Positions 11,351 through 25,429 of a DNA stretch of 64,000 nucleotides are shown one piece after another; position 1 is the first letter of the stretch; the number at the start of each line of letters is the position of its first letter. A model generated the notes under the pieces. That model was not told the DNA's origin and searched no databases. It saw nothing but the letters and a program-made list of their open reading frames with translations. Origin of the DNA: Epiperipatus broadwayi (lineage: Eukaryota > Animalia > Onychophora). Where the stretch lies: positions 16,926,001-16,990,000 of the forward strand of contig JAQFVV010000006.1 in the NCBI GenBank assembly GCA_028023455.1, read 5' to 3'. The position numbers and the translations under genes were made by a program.

Positions 11351-13545
11351 GTGAAAATTGGAATTCTGTTGTTGCCTATAAATTTCAAATGACTTTTTAT
11401 ATAACATATCCTTGCATTTGTTTTCTATTGTGGTGTACTCAAGTATTAATTGATTTATTGACCTCCATCCACAATCCCCATGTAAAAACAGATTTGTCAA
11501 GAAAATATTTATCAAAACAAGTGTCTTACTTCATAATATATTAAATTAATTTTATGATATATATAAAATAATGTATTGTTTCTGAAAAATAAGATTCCCA
11601 TGTAATACATTTGTTAAGCTGTAATAAATAATTTATAATAGAGGAGATTCACATTCATTATGAGATTTGTTTAATAATGTAAAAAAGATATAAATTTTCA
11701 TACAAATAAACCCACAATAAGCTTAGTGTTCCATTGGGATGGGACATTTTACTTCTTACTGGAAGCTGCATCAGAATGTAGTTGAATTTATTTTTTTGAT
11801 TTTCCAGTATATGTATAAATATTCATACTCTATCCACATAAGATTAATTTGGAACCATTACCCTCCAGACAATATTGGCAAGATACTCAGCTATTGATCA
11901 ACACTAAATTACTATCTAGTTTTGTCTGAAAGAAAAAAAAACTTCTGTGATCTGATTAAATTTCTAAGATTGATCTAATTAATCCAAGATCTTAGGTCAC
12001 AACACACCAGGTGAATATGATAACTATTAAGCTATTAAGTAGTATTAAATTTTTCATAGGAATAATTTTAATACGGTTTGATAATTGATATTTATACGGT
12101 ATAAATGAAAAGGCCTCATGGTGCAGAGGTAGTGCATGGAAGTCAAATTTAAGCCTCTTGCAATGACTGAGGATTTTTCTCTTAAATAGTCAGACCATAG
12201 CAAACCTTGATTGGTGGATGGGAAATCTTCATTAGTTGTTGATGGGGCACTTAGTTATTCTTAGAGGATAACACACTAATGGAGAATTGCTTACACGTCC
12301 AATTCCCAACACTTGGCAAGGCTGATAAGTACTGCCCTTTTTTAACTTCTACGAGGGGCTGTTAAAAAAAGACCATTGCTATGTAGAGGGATTAAAATGG
12401 CTGTTTACAGTGTACATGAACTCCATATTGTCTAGATTTTTCTTTTAAATTTTTGTGTGTAAAAAGTTAAAAAATTTTACTTCCTGATTTGATCAATAAA
12501 CACTTTAAAATAAAATTAAAGTCACCGAAAGACCCTACTGATTGTTTTGGGAGACAAAGATTGACTCCATCACCTTTTTTAAATTCTTTTCTGAAGGTGT
12601 ATTGGGTGCGAAGTCATTCTGCAATAAATACGCCAACAAAAGATGCGTCACACGATAAACTCTAAAGAAACATGTTTAGCATTAAAAATTTAACTTAGTC
12701 TATACTACTTTGGCGTTATCTGATTATTGAGGAAGGCAGGATTTTTAAATCTTTTTCAATAATGACACTCTCACTTTGCTAATTGTTTGTTTGTTTTTGC
12801 TATGTCTCTATTATATTTGTTTTATTATATAATACATTTTAATTAATTTACATTATATATAATTCTTTCAATAAAATAATTATAAAACTATGAACTCATT
12901 TATATTAGTACTGATTATAGCTTCTCTCTCCTGCGCTTCATACGCTCCTAATTTTATTAATAATATTTATAAATTGACAAGTAATAATTACAATAAAATA
13001 ATATATATTGTGATATTAAGCCAGTGCAACTCGCTGTTTTTTTTTTTAATATTAGATGAAATACTGAAAAGATATATTCTTGTTTCTTGATCGATAAACT
13101 TTAGTCGCATCTTTTATTTTTTTAAATGTCTATTTTTTTGTAAAGAAAATTGTAACAATATGGCTAAAACTTTTTTTTTTTTTTTTGCAATATGAGAATA
13201 TTTGTCTTTTACGAGAGTCCATCAATTCATTTTATTTGTTATAATTTCAAATTTCTATCTAAAAAATCGATTACTTAGTTGAAAAAAATATCATGTTTTA
13301 AATTTCCGACACTTGTTTGTTTTTGTATCAGAAATGAGATCATATTTGTGCTACTCTATATAACATACGGTTCTTTATTATTAGTTTATATATATAAATT
13401 ACACTAAATTTAAAGAATTATTCAAATTATTTATATACTTGTGTTTAAAATTTCTACTAAAGGTTAAAGAAATACGATCTCTAAGCAAGTCGTTTTCATG
13501 GTAATACCATTCTTGCAAGTTCTTTTATGAAAACAGTAGAGGAAT

Positions 13546-14609
13546 TAGAGGGAGCCAAGGACTCCAGTTAACACTGTTTCTGGCTCCCTGTTTCGTTCCC
13601 TTTTTTCTAGTTCAGGGAATTAAATTTCTCTAAAACTATCCCTATTAAAAAGAGAAGTTTTTTTAGCTCTCTTTTCATATACAAGCTATATCAACAATGT
13701 AATCACAAGTAAGCATAATTTCAACTTTTATAAAAACGCTATGTAAATATATGGCAGCCACTGAAATTACAAACGATTTCTACAGAAATTTTACCTTTTA
13801 ATGAAAATTTTCATTTCACTTAATTTTGTTGAAATGAATGAGAGAGTCCAGTTGTTGGGAGGACTCCCAGGGGTCTAAATCCTAGTTCTTTTGAGGGAGG
13901 AGTCTGGGATGAGGGCACTGTGGTGATCATTACCAACGTTGGTTTTTCTCATTCACAAGATAGAAAAAATAACGTTATTTATGGTGATTCTTTAACGTTA
14001 TCGTTATGAGTGATTTTATCCATGTATTATTGCAAAATAGGTCGCAGTTTGGCCTCATGATTCTAATTGCAAATGATCCACCTTATTTAATTTTATTACT
14101 TCCAATGTTGCTATTGATAGGGCTGGCCTTTTGCTGTTCATGTGATTTTCATGATGGATTAGAATGGTTTTCAGCAGAGACATTTTGCAGCTTGGTTTTT
14201 TTCCCCCTTGTTCTCCATAGGTTTTTCCATAATTTTTCCAAAGTATTCAGGATTGCTCTCTTGTGAAGATATTCAAGGCCATTTGGAAGAACTGAACAGT
14301 AGATTGATTTAGTCCATATTTTATGTTATCTCCAAATGTTTTCATGTTTCTCAACTTTCCCAATATTGTACTCCTAAAAGACTATTCATATTTGATTTCT
14401 AGACTTTACAAATAATTCCTAATGGTAACATTCATTTGTCTTTAATGGTTAATACAAACCCTTTCCACATCCCTTTGCCTTTTCATACGTATCCTTCCCT
14501 CTTCACTATGTTGCTTCAGAATTTCATTTTTACCATTCTTTGTAAACCTCTTATTTAACTATATTTGTACCTTTTTTGATGAATAAACTTTCATCACTGA
14601 GAAAAAAAC
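13546..14609 (+). mobile_element. TSD-flanked short L1/Tx1-like element (hairpin head, degraded body, LINE 3' tail)
   Basis: 16-bp TSD aaaacagtagaggaat at 13530-13545 and 14610-14625; last ~150 bp match the tails at ~5690-5850 and ~28060-28230; first ~50 bp match 63895-63944 (-). Confidence 0.75.
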
Positions 14610-15429
14610 AAAACAGTAGAGGAATAGATGCACGATTCATTAGGCTTGCTAGTTATCTAGTTGCAATAGTTTAAATTCCATCATTGTTTTACTTTTTGGT
14701 TAAAAGAATGCTGACTGGGTTGACTGTGGAACAACTATTTGAAAGAAAAATCTGAAGCCTTTGTATGGCGTCAAAAAAAATTTGCAAGTTTTTCGCAATC
14801 CCAATTTCAAATCCAAGTTGAAGTTACTGGAAGTAAATGGGTTATCATTATTCCATGAATGTATCTCATCATTATACCTTATTTTTCCTGTGGAATATAC
14901 TAAAATCTATTTATTATTATTATATTCATGCTGATGGAAAATTGTTTTAAATCTCACGGACGTTTTTTATGTGCTCACATATTGAGATGCAGTTATATTC
15001 AGAGATTTTCCATCAAGTTCTTGATCATGATCGATGCAGACTTCTCTATAACAATGTATATGCCCACCAGATGCCAATATTTTGCTGTTAATAAAAAAAG
15101 GGAATACAAATCATAAATTTGTAGGATTTGTGAAATAGGGTATATGTCTTAGAAACCATGTTTTGGATGACTATTTTGGGTTAGAAATTTGTATAGATCT
15201 ATTTACATTACAATCACTGCATATTGCCATTATAAATCGAGAAAGGGGGCATTATTATTTTTTTCATTTATAGATTATATTTTTTTATCTTTATACTGGA
15301 ATATATATACCTTAGCTCCTTGCTTGTTTTATAATTTTCATAAGGTATATGTATATTTTAGTTATATTTTGCCATTCATTTTTTTTTTTTTGCTTCTTTA
15401 TATTTTAATGTTTTATTACTATTATCTAT

Positions 15430-17610
15430 ATTAAGTAGCAGGAGTATGAGCATGTCACTGGTAGTTAATCATATTTATGTTAACAGCAAAGCATCATTTT
15501 AAACTGTGCTGGTAAAAGGAATTGTAAATTGTTTCTGTATACTATTTTAAAAGTCATGAAAATTAAGACAAAAAAGAATATAATGATAGTGCTAGAAGGC
15601 AAGTCTCTTGGATTTGAAAGTGCATAATATGTTTCTGAGAAGAGCTAAAGATATATTTCACTGAAAGTGGCTTCTTTGATTATGTATATTAAAGCTAATG
15701 TTTCTATGTGGGAAGGAAAACTATAGAACTGCAAGAAAGTGATCGTTGTAACTTAGGTATGTAGAATATGAATTAAGGGAAACTTATTGGGAAAGGATTG
15801 CCTATACATTGATATCTTATAAGTTAATGAAGTAAGATGTATTGAACCAGGAAATTTTAGATTAGAAAAATGCAATGACTAACTAATAAACTTGTGTGAA
15901 TCTAATGATCTTTTTATTGCCATATAGTAAGAATATCTACTATACATATGGACATTGCTTGACTGAATTCTTAGCAGCCAGAAATGGAAGATTTAAATTT
16001 TTAAAGCACAGACATAGCCTGAAGTAGATTATGGAACAGACCATAAAGATTACAAGCTTGTCCAACATTTTAAAAATAACCTAGAGAGTATAACTATTGT
16101 TTTTAGAAATAATATTTAACTTTGATTTGAGGTTTAAAATGTGATTTATGGTAAAATGAAGGTAATGATTAAAGATGAATTTCAGAAAAGTTCAATGTAT
16201 GCCAGAAAATAGAGTAGTAGTTTAAAAAAAAAAAGAAGAAAAGCGCAAAAAATAAAGAAGATAAAGATTCTTTTAAGAAAACTGTGCAGGAAATTCCAAA
16301 GAGCATTGAAATAATAAAAAAAAAAAAGACATGGAAGGTTTTAATAACCATATTTGCAAATACATTTGAAATAGAAACATGCTTGGAAAAATCAGCTTTC
16401 TTCAAGAGAATTTGTAACATTAAAAGGAAGTTTGTGTTACTAATAGTTTGCTCAAAAATATTATGAATATAACCAAAGGACCACTATCAAACAAATAATT
16501 AATCAAATTACGACTATCTGGGAAATTAGTTAGTGGCTTGTGGTTGCTAGAAATCAAAATCATATTCACATACAATATGAAAAAAATTGACAGGATGTGT
16601 CTTATACTGTGAACAGTGATTATTCTGAATGTCATTTGGTACAAATTAAAATGAAGGAGCTATTTTCATGAAGGGTAGATAAACTAAAGACATCATTGCT
16701 AATATACATTGGATAATTGAGAAGACCAGAGGATAACAGAAAGAAAGTTAAATGTATTTTATTGATTTTAACAAGACTTGTTTTAGGAAAATGTATAAGA
16801 ATATTTTATTGTTCTTAGGAAGAATCTTTATTATGTGGAATTAGAAGCTCTAATTAAACATTTTGATGAGATAGATTTGTTTTATATCAGAGAGAGGTTA
16901 AACTGGATTGCATATCATCACTCTATTTATTCAAGATTGTATATGGAAATAAGTAATGAGGGAAATCAAACTGGATGAAGTCAAATATATATCCAAGAGT
17001 TGTGGAAGAAATAACATCCTTAGGTCCGTTGATTAGTGATGCTGATAAAACCACATTTTAACATTAGAGATCTCAGTAGTCTGATCAGCGAAATTTTAAG
17101 AGCTGTATGAAGAGATAGTGTTATTGCTAACTACAAAGAAAGCAAGGAATATGATGATATAGGCTCAGCAACTGATTTCAAAAATGATGGTGAAGGCATA
17201 AGATTTGACATTTTTGCATCCTTGGATTATTCAGCAATGGCAGAGGAACAAGTAACTGAGACTTTAACTAATGTTAGGCAGAATTGCAAAAAAAAAAAAG
17301 AAGAAGCCTAACATATACTTTAAAATATTGACACATGTCTTTAAAAATGATACACCATATGGCTTCCTATGATTATTTAGATACTAAAGAAGATTGGTAG
17401 GAAAAGTATTGATATTTTTTTTAAAAGTGTGATTGCTAGAATGAAGAAATGGAGAGTTGATCAGTTCAGCTCGGACTCTTTACCTAAAGTTCAAAAGACC
17501 ATGGTTAAAATTAGCCCATTTTGATCTCATTGTGAGGCCATCTAATTCATTAAAAAGTCTATAAGGCTCTGAAAAGTTGATTGAGTATATGACCAGCTGT
17601 GAGATACCAG
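15430..17610 (+). mobile_element. Probable MULE (MuDR-like) transposase relic interrupted by an RT relic
   Basis: Hand-translated fragments IILNCAGKRNCKLFLY (~15493), NEVRCIEPGNF (~15826) and RKSIDIFFKSVIARMKKWR (~17399) resemble MuDR transposase blocks; heavily decayed, no TIRs found. Confidence 0.35.
16740..17180 (+). pseudogene. Degraded non-LTR reverse transcriptase relic
   Basis: VF-IDFNK (~16753) and EVKLDCISSLYLFKIV (~16895, cf. GVRQGCILSPYLFNIV) fragments. Confidence 0.45.
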
Positions 17611-17859
17611 AATTACAATTCGGAGTTAATTTTTCAAAAAATTTTTTTGGCCATATTCTTTTATCTTTTTTTTCATCTTAGATATTTTATTTATTGTTGT
17701 TAATACTGATAAAACACATGCAGTATATCTACATGTATTTTTTTTTCCAAATCCTATGCTAGTAAAAAGAAAAAGAAAATTATTTTGATCGTTAATTTGA
17801 AACCGTTTATTATTCTCATGCATAATTTAATGCCGTAGTAAAGTGATAGAATCTAAGTT

Positions 17860-17915
17860 TCAAGTTTCTGGATCGCGGCTTTTCCTCTTACTTCCGGTGC
17901 TCGTCATTCGATTAC
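17860..17915. promoter_or_regulatory. Possible promoter-like CpG patch with ETS-type motif
   Basis: ggatcgcggc...ACTTCCGGTgctcg in otherwise CpG-poor DNA; no linked gene identified. Confidence 0.2.
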
Positions 17916-18959
17916 ATTTTGTTTAACCTATAGCAAAAATTTGTTAAACGTAATTTGATTACTTTATCTTGACAAAACAATCTTAAGTTCGACAGGATTT
18001 TATTTTTATGAATATATTTTTTAAAAGTACAGCACCCGCACACACTTCAAATTCATGAATAATATATTTATGCGCATCGTCGTATGCAAGTAAAGAGGTA
18101 CTTGTAGTCCACTAATTGTCCATAAACAGCCGCACAGGTAGTTATGAACGTGGTAATTGATTGTTGATTGGTTCCGGAAAAATAAGATGAAAATTTTCAT
18201 ATGAGGGGGGGGGGGGGCGAGCGTTACTAAGAATATCATTAAAGTTTAATAAGTAACTTGTGATTCCTTTTAAATTAATAAAATATTATATTTGCAATAA
18301 ATAAATAAATATATAAAATTTTATGAATATACTGATGTGAAGTATTCTCACATTAAATAATACTATTGTAGTAGTAAAAAGAACGCTAGAGAATGGTGTA
18401 AAATAGCTCTTTATAGGCAGCTTATCAAATACGAGGAGAAATATTGTAGCGCTGCTGCTGCGTTTTCAAATTTTCTTGATTATCACTAATGCTTTTGTTT
18501 TTTTATTTTGTTAATCACCTCCCCTCCTCTCTAATCCCTCCATGTGAGTGTAAAGATAACGAGTTCTTACTTAATTTGTAAATAGCTACTGATATGATGA
18601 ACCATATGTAGATGACTCTTTAACCGGTATAAATAACATTATATATATTTTGCATGTTACTGAAAATAGATATATAAAGAAATTATTTTTCATCGCAAAA
18701 TCCGTTTTAAATTTGAGGTTTTTTTTTTTTAAATCCGATGTTTTTTTAATATGTATTATGTGCGTTTCCTGTTAACCTCACAGTTTGAAAACTAGCACTC
18801 GAAAAATTGATAAAATCACAATAATAATAGATTAACCTGACGTAAATATTTAAATATTAATGCTTTTTGATTTGCAGTAATTTTAAGTGATTATTTAAAT
18901 ATAAATAGAGGGATTTGAACTCAGGATTTTTCAATCTATTCATCTTCCACTCTATCTCA

Positions 18960-19205
18960 AGCAATCGACACATATGACCACACACATGCGAAAAGAATAC
19001 ACAATCCCCAATATACGTATTTCGCGCAGAACCAGCAGCCATCAGTTGGTCCAAGTCATAACCTTCCCTCACACATATACAAATCAGTGCTCGGTTTATA
19101 TTAAGATAGCAATTGTTCAAATTTTAATGGACATACTTCTCACCCTTCCAACTATTCAACAGATCATTTCATTGAAAAACCTATGATGGAACGCTCAAAG
19201 CCATT
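18960..19205 (-). mobile_element. Family B PLE-type terminal repeat fragment with HHR-like motif (19007-19050)
   Basis: Homologous to 37200-37445 and 62140-62293; minus strand ACCAA-CTGATGG-..-GAA-ATACGTAT-A-TTGG. Confidence 0.65.
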
Positions 19206-20987
19206 GTTGGATTTGATATTATAGTCGTTATTTTTTTCAATAAAGAATAAAATAACATCACTTTACATTACACTATAAATAAATTATTTTACACATAACA
19301 TTGCCTTTAGACAAAATTTTAAAAATGGAGGTTAGTGACAGTTTCTACTTTTTGGGATTAAAAAAAATCGTAGTAGCACATACGCCGTTTTATATCAATA
19401 CACTACACATATAGTTGAAGAGAGCAATGAGTATAGGATTTAGGTTTTTTAGGAATACACCTTTACCCGCTTAGCACTTGGGCCTTTATGTGAAGATTCA
19501 TAATAGCCATTTGTACCTACTATTTTGGTTTATAATTGGTTATTCACTATAACAATCATAAATTTTTTTTTTTAAATGTTTTTGGTGACCATTTTGTAAC
19601 AACACTGATGATGTGATAGAATAGTTATTAAAGTCATCTCATCCAAAAGCAAAATATTGACCTTCATGCTGAAATTGTTATCCATAAAACACGTTATAAT
19701 GCTGCATTCAATATTTTGATTATAAGCTTAAAATATGATTAATGAATATTGTAACGGTCAGATTTGTGCATTCACGTAACAAAATCCAAAGTTCAGGCAA
19801 AATATAACAAAGCTGACCGGATCGAGATGGTGGGATCTCGAATCTGACCAACCTCAACTCATTTCCCAGCACTCCATGACTTAATATCCTATGAATCACA
19901 TTTCTGAGGTTACACTCGGTCTTAATTTCTTCAGTGAGCTAACATAGCAAAGAGAGGAACATAAGACTGGGAAAAATTAAGACCTTGGCACTAATTAAAG
20001 ATTAACTGAACTATTCTACGGCCTATGGCTTAATTCAAGTAACGCATAATACATATTAATAAAGAGTCTGAGTGATTTGGAGAAAATTGCAAGAAAATTC
20101 ATTAAACAATGATAATTTTAAATATATATTTAATAATATAAGAATTAAGTGAGTTGATTAAAAACACAGAAAAAGAACATCATTATTTAACACTGGTGGC
20201 TGGATGATACATGCAGGTGTTACAATAATAATGAGATGGATAATGATACAATAGTATCATCTTGATAACAATGCAATTTATATAATTATTGGTGGTCTAT
20301 GATACATGCCTAATATTATGATATGCCAAGCTATTCTTTAGGTTTGCCAATGATAAGTTAAACATTTATCAGGATGACACAAATAAAGAACATTAAGCTA
20401 CTAATTTTAATATTATCAACAAGCAATTAAATACGCTTGAAGTACAGATTCATTAGGTAAAACCAGATTCCAAGTTCAGACTAATGCTAAAGTTTACTAG
20501 TAAGGTAGAACAATCTTGTTACCATAGATTGGTGTCTGAGACTATGGCACTAAAATATTAAATTAAATATCACAGTGCAAATGTGCAGTTAATCGAGATT
20601 CAGTACCTACTTACTCGGTATCCATGGACCAGACGGCTTGCTAGTTTAATGGGGAACATTTCTAGTTCGGTAAGTTGGATCAGCTTTGAATAAGATTCTG
20701 GACCATCGTGTTCCAGTTCTAAAAATATAGCTATCCAAACTAAAGAATGGGGTGGCCTGTGACCGGAAACCCATTGAAGAAAGCATAGCAAAACATTATT
20801 GCATGTTATGTGCTTAATATGCTTAATAATAATACTAATACATATTTAGATAAAAAAGCGTTTAAATATCTGTAGTTTCAGTCTGCTCAAACTAACTCAA
20901 CTCAGTTCTTAAGATAGTATATCATAATGATGCTAAGATAGGATTAATTAAATATCAATCTAGTTTATATATGTTGAATCTATATAT

Positions 20988-22879
20988 TGTAACACCACCG
21001 CCGCGCGGTTAATGACCCCAGCCGCACTTAATTATGTGATCGACCGGTTAACCACCGATGATGATGATTACCACAAGCAAGAAGCCAATATACACCATAA
21101 AATCGAGTATATATTCTTAATTGAACACTGACATAATAAAATATCATCCCAGCATTATATTTCCCAATTAAACGCTTCTTCTCTGCTGGGCAAATTATTT
21201 GTATCGAATAATTAGTTCTGCCCAGCGCCTGGAATATTTATAAAATTTCCCGGAATTATCACGGTACAGCAGGAATACAAATTATAGCACTTCCTTCCTT
21301 TACTCTATTTACAATACAGACTGGATTTATTTATCCATTTAGCTTACTTTATTTTATTCCTCAATTAATCAACTTGTTAGCTCACTGATCTAATTTTAAT
21401 TCACTCTAAATAGTTATTCGCTTGGTAGAGAAAAGAAAACGCAAATGACTAAGTACCTCCTTTTATAAATAAAATTTAATTTGCAATTCGCTAATTCTAA
21501 TGAATAATAAAATCCTAAAACACACATATATATCCACACACTAACATAATAAATACATAAATATACAATAAAGAATATAATTCAAATGAAACATTAAATA
21601 AATTATCGTAACTCAATTGTTACCTTCTCATACATTAATAGATTACAATCATAAGTTCTTTTAATGATAACTGTCCGAAGTGTTGCGCAACTTTTTAATA
21701 ATTTAGTTCTGACTGATTTCTTATTTCAAATTAATTCTGACATGCATGTATTAATAGTTACCTAGGTATGATTTTTCCAATGTCGGGTCAACCATCGAGG
21801 GGGAAAACCTTCCCTTCTTTTGCAGAGATGGTTGCTCGCTTTTCAGACGTTCCAGTGAATGGAGTGAGAGTTTATAGTCTTTTGACGTGGGTTTGTTTCC
21901 TTTCTAATTCCACATTTTAGTCGGTCTTCATCCCTTCAACATTCTACTTCGAATCTCCAGGCAGATCTGGTTCTGTAACGGCGGTCTCTTCTCGGCAGCA
22001 TTTTAGTTGTTATAAGTAGTGAGCGAATGGTTAGACGGAGGTAGACCGAGCAAACGCCCGGTGTTTGCCACTAGCCCTCCATGTCAGCGTACCCTTCTAT
22101 TATTATTTTTGTTAAATTCTAGCCAGCAAAAAAACACAACCGGTTACTTCTAAATCAGCTCTGCTTATTCTCTCGCTGTCTTGCTATCGAATGTCTCTAA
22201 TTGCCTCTTTCCTTTTCATTCTTATCTTACCAATCTATCTGGAATTTTTTTTTATACAGTTTACATTTTTCCAATTTCTAATTACAATTTTCATTTCATT
22301 CTTTTGATACATTTAATATTGAATGCCACTAATTGCAACATTCCTTTTCATTACTTTATCTCGTACCAATCTATTTGGAAATTTGGTACAAGTTTACATT
22401 TTTAATTTTACAATTATAATTAATTTCTTTCATTCTTTTAAATATTGAATGTTACTAATTGCAACATTCCTTTCTCTCACTTTATCTTGTACCAATCTAT
22501 TTGGAAATTTGGTACAAGTTTACTTTTTTTAATTTCACAATTATAATTATTCTTTCGTTCTTTTTACAAGTGATTTTCTTATTTAACAAAGAAAGAAAGA
22601 GACGCGTTCAGTTTTACACCCTCCCCTTTCCTTTCTAATCTTTCATCATTATTTAGCTTTTCTAATTTCTTTTAAAATAAGTTTTTAGAATCCTTTTAAC
22701 TAAATTTTTCTTTCTTTTTTTTTTTTTCTATTTCTTTTAACGAAACCCTTCTCTTTATTAATATTATTGAGAATCAATAATATATACATGCGAGCCTACA
22801 TTTATGTAGATATCGCAATATATATATATATCATTCTTTAGAACAAAATTAGGGAGGAGAAAGCATTTCGGGTCTTACA
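20988..22879. mobile_element. Solo-LTR-like segment (TG...CA) with internal triplication
   Basis: Starts TGTAACACC, ends GGTCTTACA (imperfect 9-bp inverted ends); flanks ATAT/ACAT (4-bp TSD with one mismatch); no PBS, PPT or ORF seen. Confidence 0.45.
22190..22560. repeat. Imperfect tandem repeat, ~125 bp x 3
   Basis: Recurring ctaattgcaacattcc...accaatctatttggaaatttggtacaagtttac blocks. Confidence 0.85.
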
Positions 22880-25429
22880 ACATTTACAAATATGCTTTTA
22901 AGATCACTCTTGTCGTTATCTAACTAATAGATATAATAATAATCTGAACTGATTAAGCAAAATTTAATAAATATTAAATAATTAAATATAGATAACGACG
23001 AGTGCATAGCGATCTATTGTTATAAGCAGCGATTTCCATCAGCTAAAGATCAATGATAATATTATGGTGGAGAACTTCTAATTGTCTCTCCCAAAAGTTT
23101 ACTAAATTAAGTACTCTCTGCTTTGAAATATTGGTATATCACAGCATATAAATTTAATAAAAGAAAAGAAATAATCAAAATTGGCATGGCCGCAGAATAT
23201 AAAAGGTTTTAAGTAATAACTGCTTACAGTTATTCCAGTGAGAGAATAAGTTAGACTAAAATTACATTTATAGGCAAGTTTATAGTTACATTTAAAGATT
23301 TACTTTATAAGAATTTTAATTACACGAGAATTTATAATTTAACGAATGTTCATAATAGCTAACTTAATCAAAGTATTATGAGTTTTAAAGTTAGATTTAT
23401 AGAGCTCTGCAGTGAAGAAGTATTACCAATTTTTTTTTTGGAACTGAGTTGTCTGGCATGGCGAGTAGACTGGCACTTTCTCTGGATAAGTTGTTCATTT
23501 ATGACATTCTTTCTTAATAGCAGTTGGTAGCTGAACCTCTCCATCTTGGTGGAGATGATCATTACCATGCCAGCATGCAGGATGGGCCCGAAGGAAGAAG
23601 GCAACTATGTGGCCTTTCTAGCCGCTCATGATAAGATTCGAACCTGTATGGGTTCATGCAGAAACAATGTGGATTATAGTGTGTGTATCTTTTCAGTGGT
23701 GAAATCCAGAGTTTATATACCAATTTCTATCCCTCTGATGTGTTGCCCACAAGCTAGGCTTGCAGCATAAAAATCCATTAGCTTGTTTACAAGTTTTTGC
23801 TTAAAATTACGAATTTGACTTTCCTATTATTAAGTTTGCTAATCAAACAAATTTCATCTTAGTGTAGCCAACTCAACTCCAACTTGTTTACACTAAAGTT
23901 ATGTTTTAAAAATTGGTATTGTCAAATTACAGATTTGTTGACACGCAATTTTAAACAGGTGTGTGTGGCGTGATTTCTTTTAATAAAAATGATTTTCAAA
24001 TTTAGAAATTAACAAATTGTTATGTAAACATTTCGTTATATATGTATGCTGATCACAGAGGAAATTGTTCATATATGTGCGATCTTAAGGGAAATGATGG
24101 AGTAAATTTATACTCATACAGTTATAATAATTTAAAGATTTAAACATTTAAATATAATTGTGTTGTAACATCAATAAACCTATTGCACGTCACAACTTAT
24201 ACTTGCATATATATATAGGTGTGCTGTGACATACACAATGACATTTACACATATATACCTTTACACAGATATACAGATATATAGATGTACGTGCACTCGA
24301 TGGGTTTAAAACTGGTAAGAGTACTACTATGGGATATAGTAGGTGAAATGTGTAGTCTAAAGGAATACACCGTTTCAATATACAATATTTTATTTAATTT
24401 TCATCCAATGTTTTTACTAAACAATTAGTACTTCATTAATAACATATTCAAAGTAATGATTTTCATTGTTAATGTCTACAAAAGCAAAAAAATAAAAAGG
24501 TTCATTCAATACATGAATGTTAATCAACACAGTACTGTAAAAATAGCACATTTGTTGAGCATAAGATTAAAAATGTACAATACCAAGCACTACAGTATTT
24601 TTTAGTGTTACTAAAGCTTTGCTCTTAATGTAGTTGTTGTGTTTGCATATATAGTACATATATTACCTAAAATATAGTCAGTCAATTAATTGAGAATTAA
24701 TTTTTTTTTGTCAAATCGAAACTTCCTACCATTGCTAATCTAAAATATATTCAGTCAAATAAGGGAGGGGGGGGTGATCAGCAGAGAGGGTAAAGCAGTT
24801 TCAGATTTATACAATTAATACCAACAGTTATTAAATGTGAAATAAAAATAACATTCTGCTTCCTCGATTTTAAATCATCTTGTAATTCTTTTCAGATATT
24901 CAAAACAATGAAAATATTATCACGTGAAATTTCAGAATTTACATTTCATTTGGCATAAAACTAAAAACAATTTTTAGTCATACTATCTATATGAAATTTT
25001 AAATGTGTCTACAGTATAAATAATAGCAAAAATTTCAGACAATTTTAAAATCTTTACTAATGCTAATTTCAATCAAATCGAAAACATTATCCATGATATT
25101 TGAATTGTGAGAATGATTTTATACAATTAATAATAATTTGTATATTATAAAAATGCAATATAAATAAAGTGAATAAAGGTAGTGCTTTAAATTTTTACTT
25201 AATTAGCTCATAACTGCCATCAAAATGTATTGCGTTATTCAACAAATTGCCCCAAATCTCATGCCCCCAAAAAACCTACTACATCTATTGTATTTGTTTA
25301 TTTAGATCAGCACAGTACATTTGTAACAAAAGCCTTAAATATTGATAACAATATACAATCTCAGAATGGATTAGATTTTTTTTTTTTTTAAAAAAAATTG
25401 ACTGCAATTAAGTTTTTGTAATGTATCAT

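Noticed and set aside
12113-12400. SINE-like start (ggcctcatggtgcagaggtag); similar A-box-like starts near 57745, 59795 and 61588
   Set aside because: No convincing B box, tail or TSD.
20770-20810. ttgaagaaagcatagcaaaacatt as a further decayed HHR
   Set aside because: Both core boxes are mutated and there is no second copy to reconstruct from.
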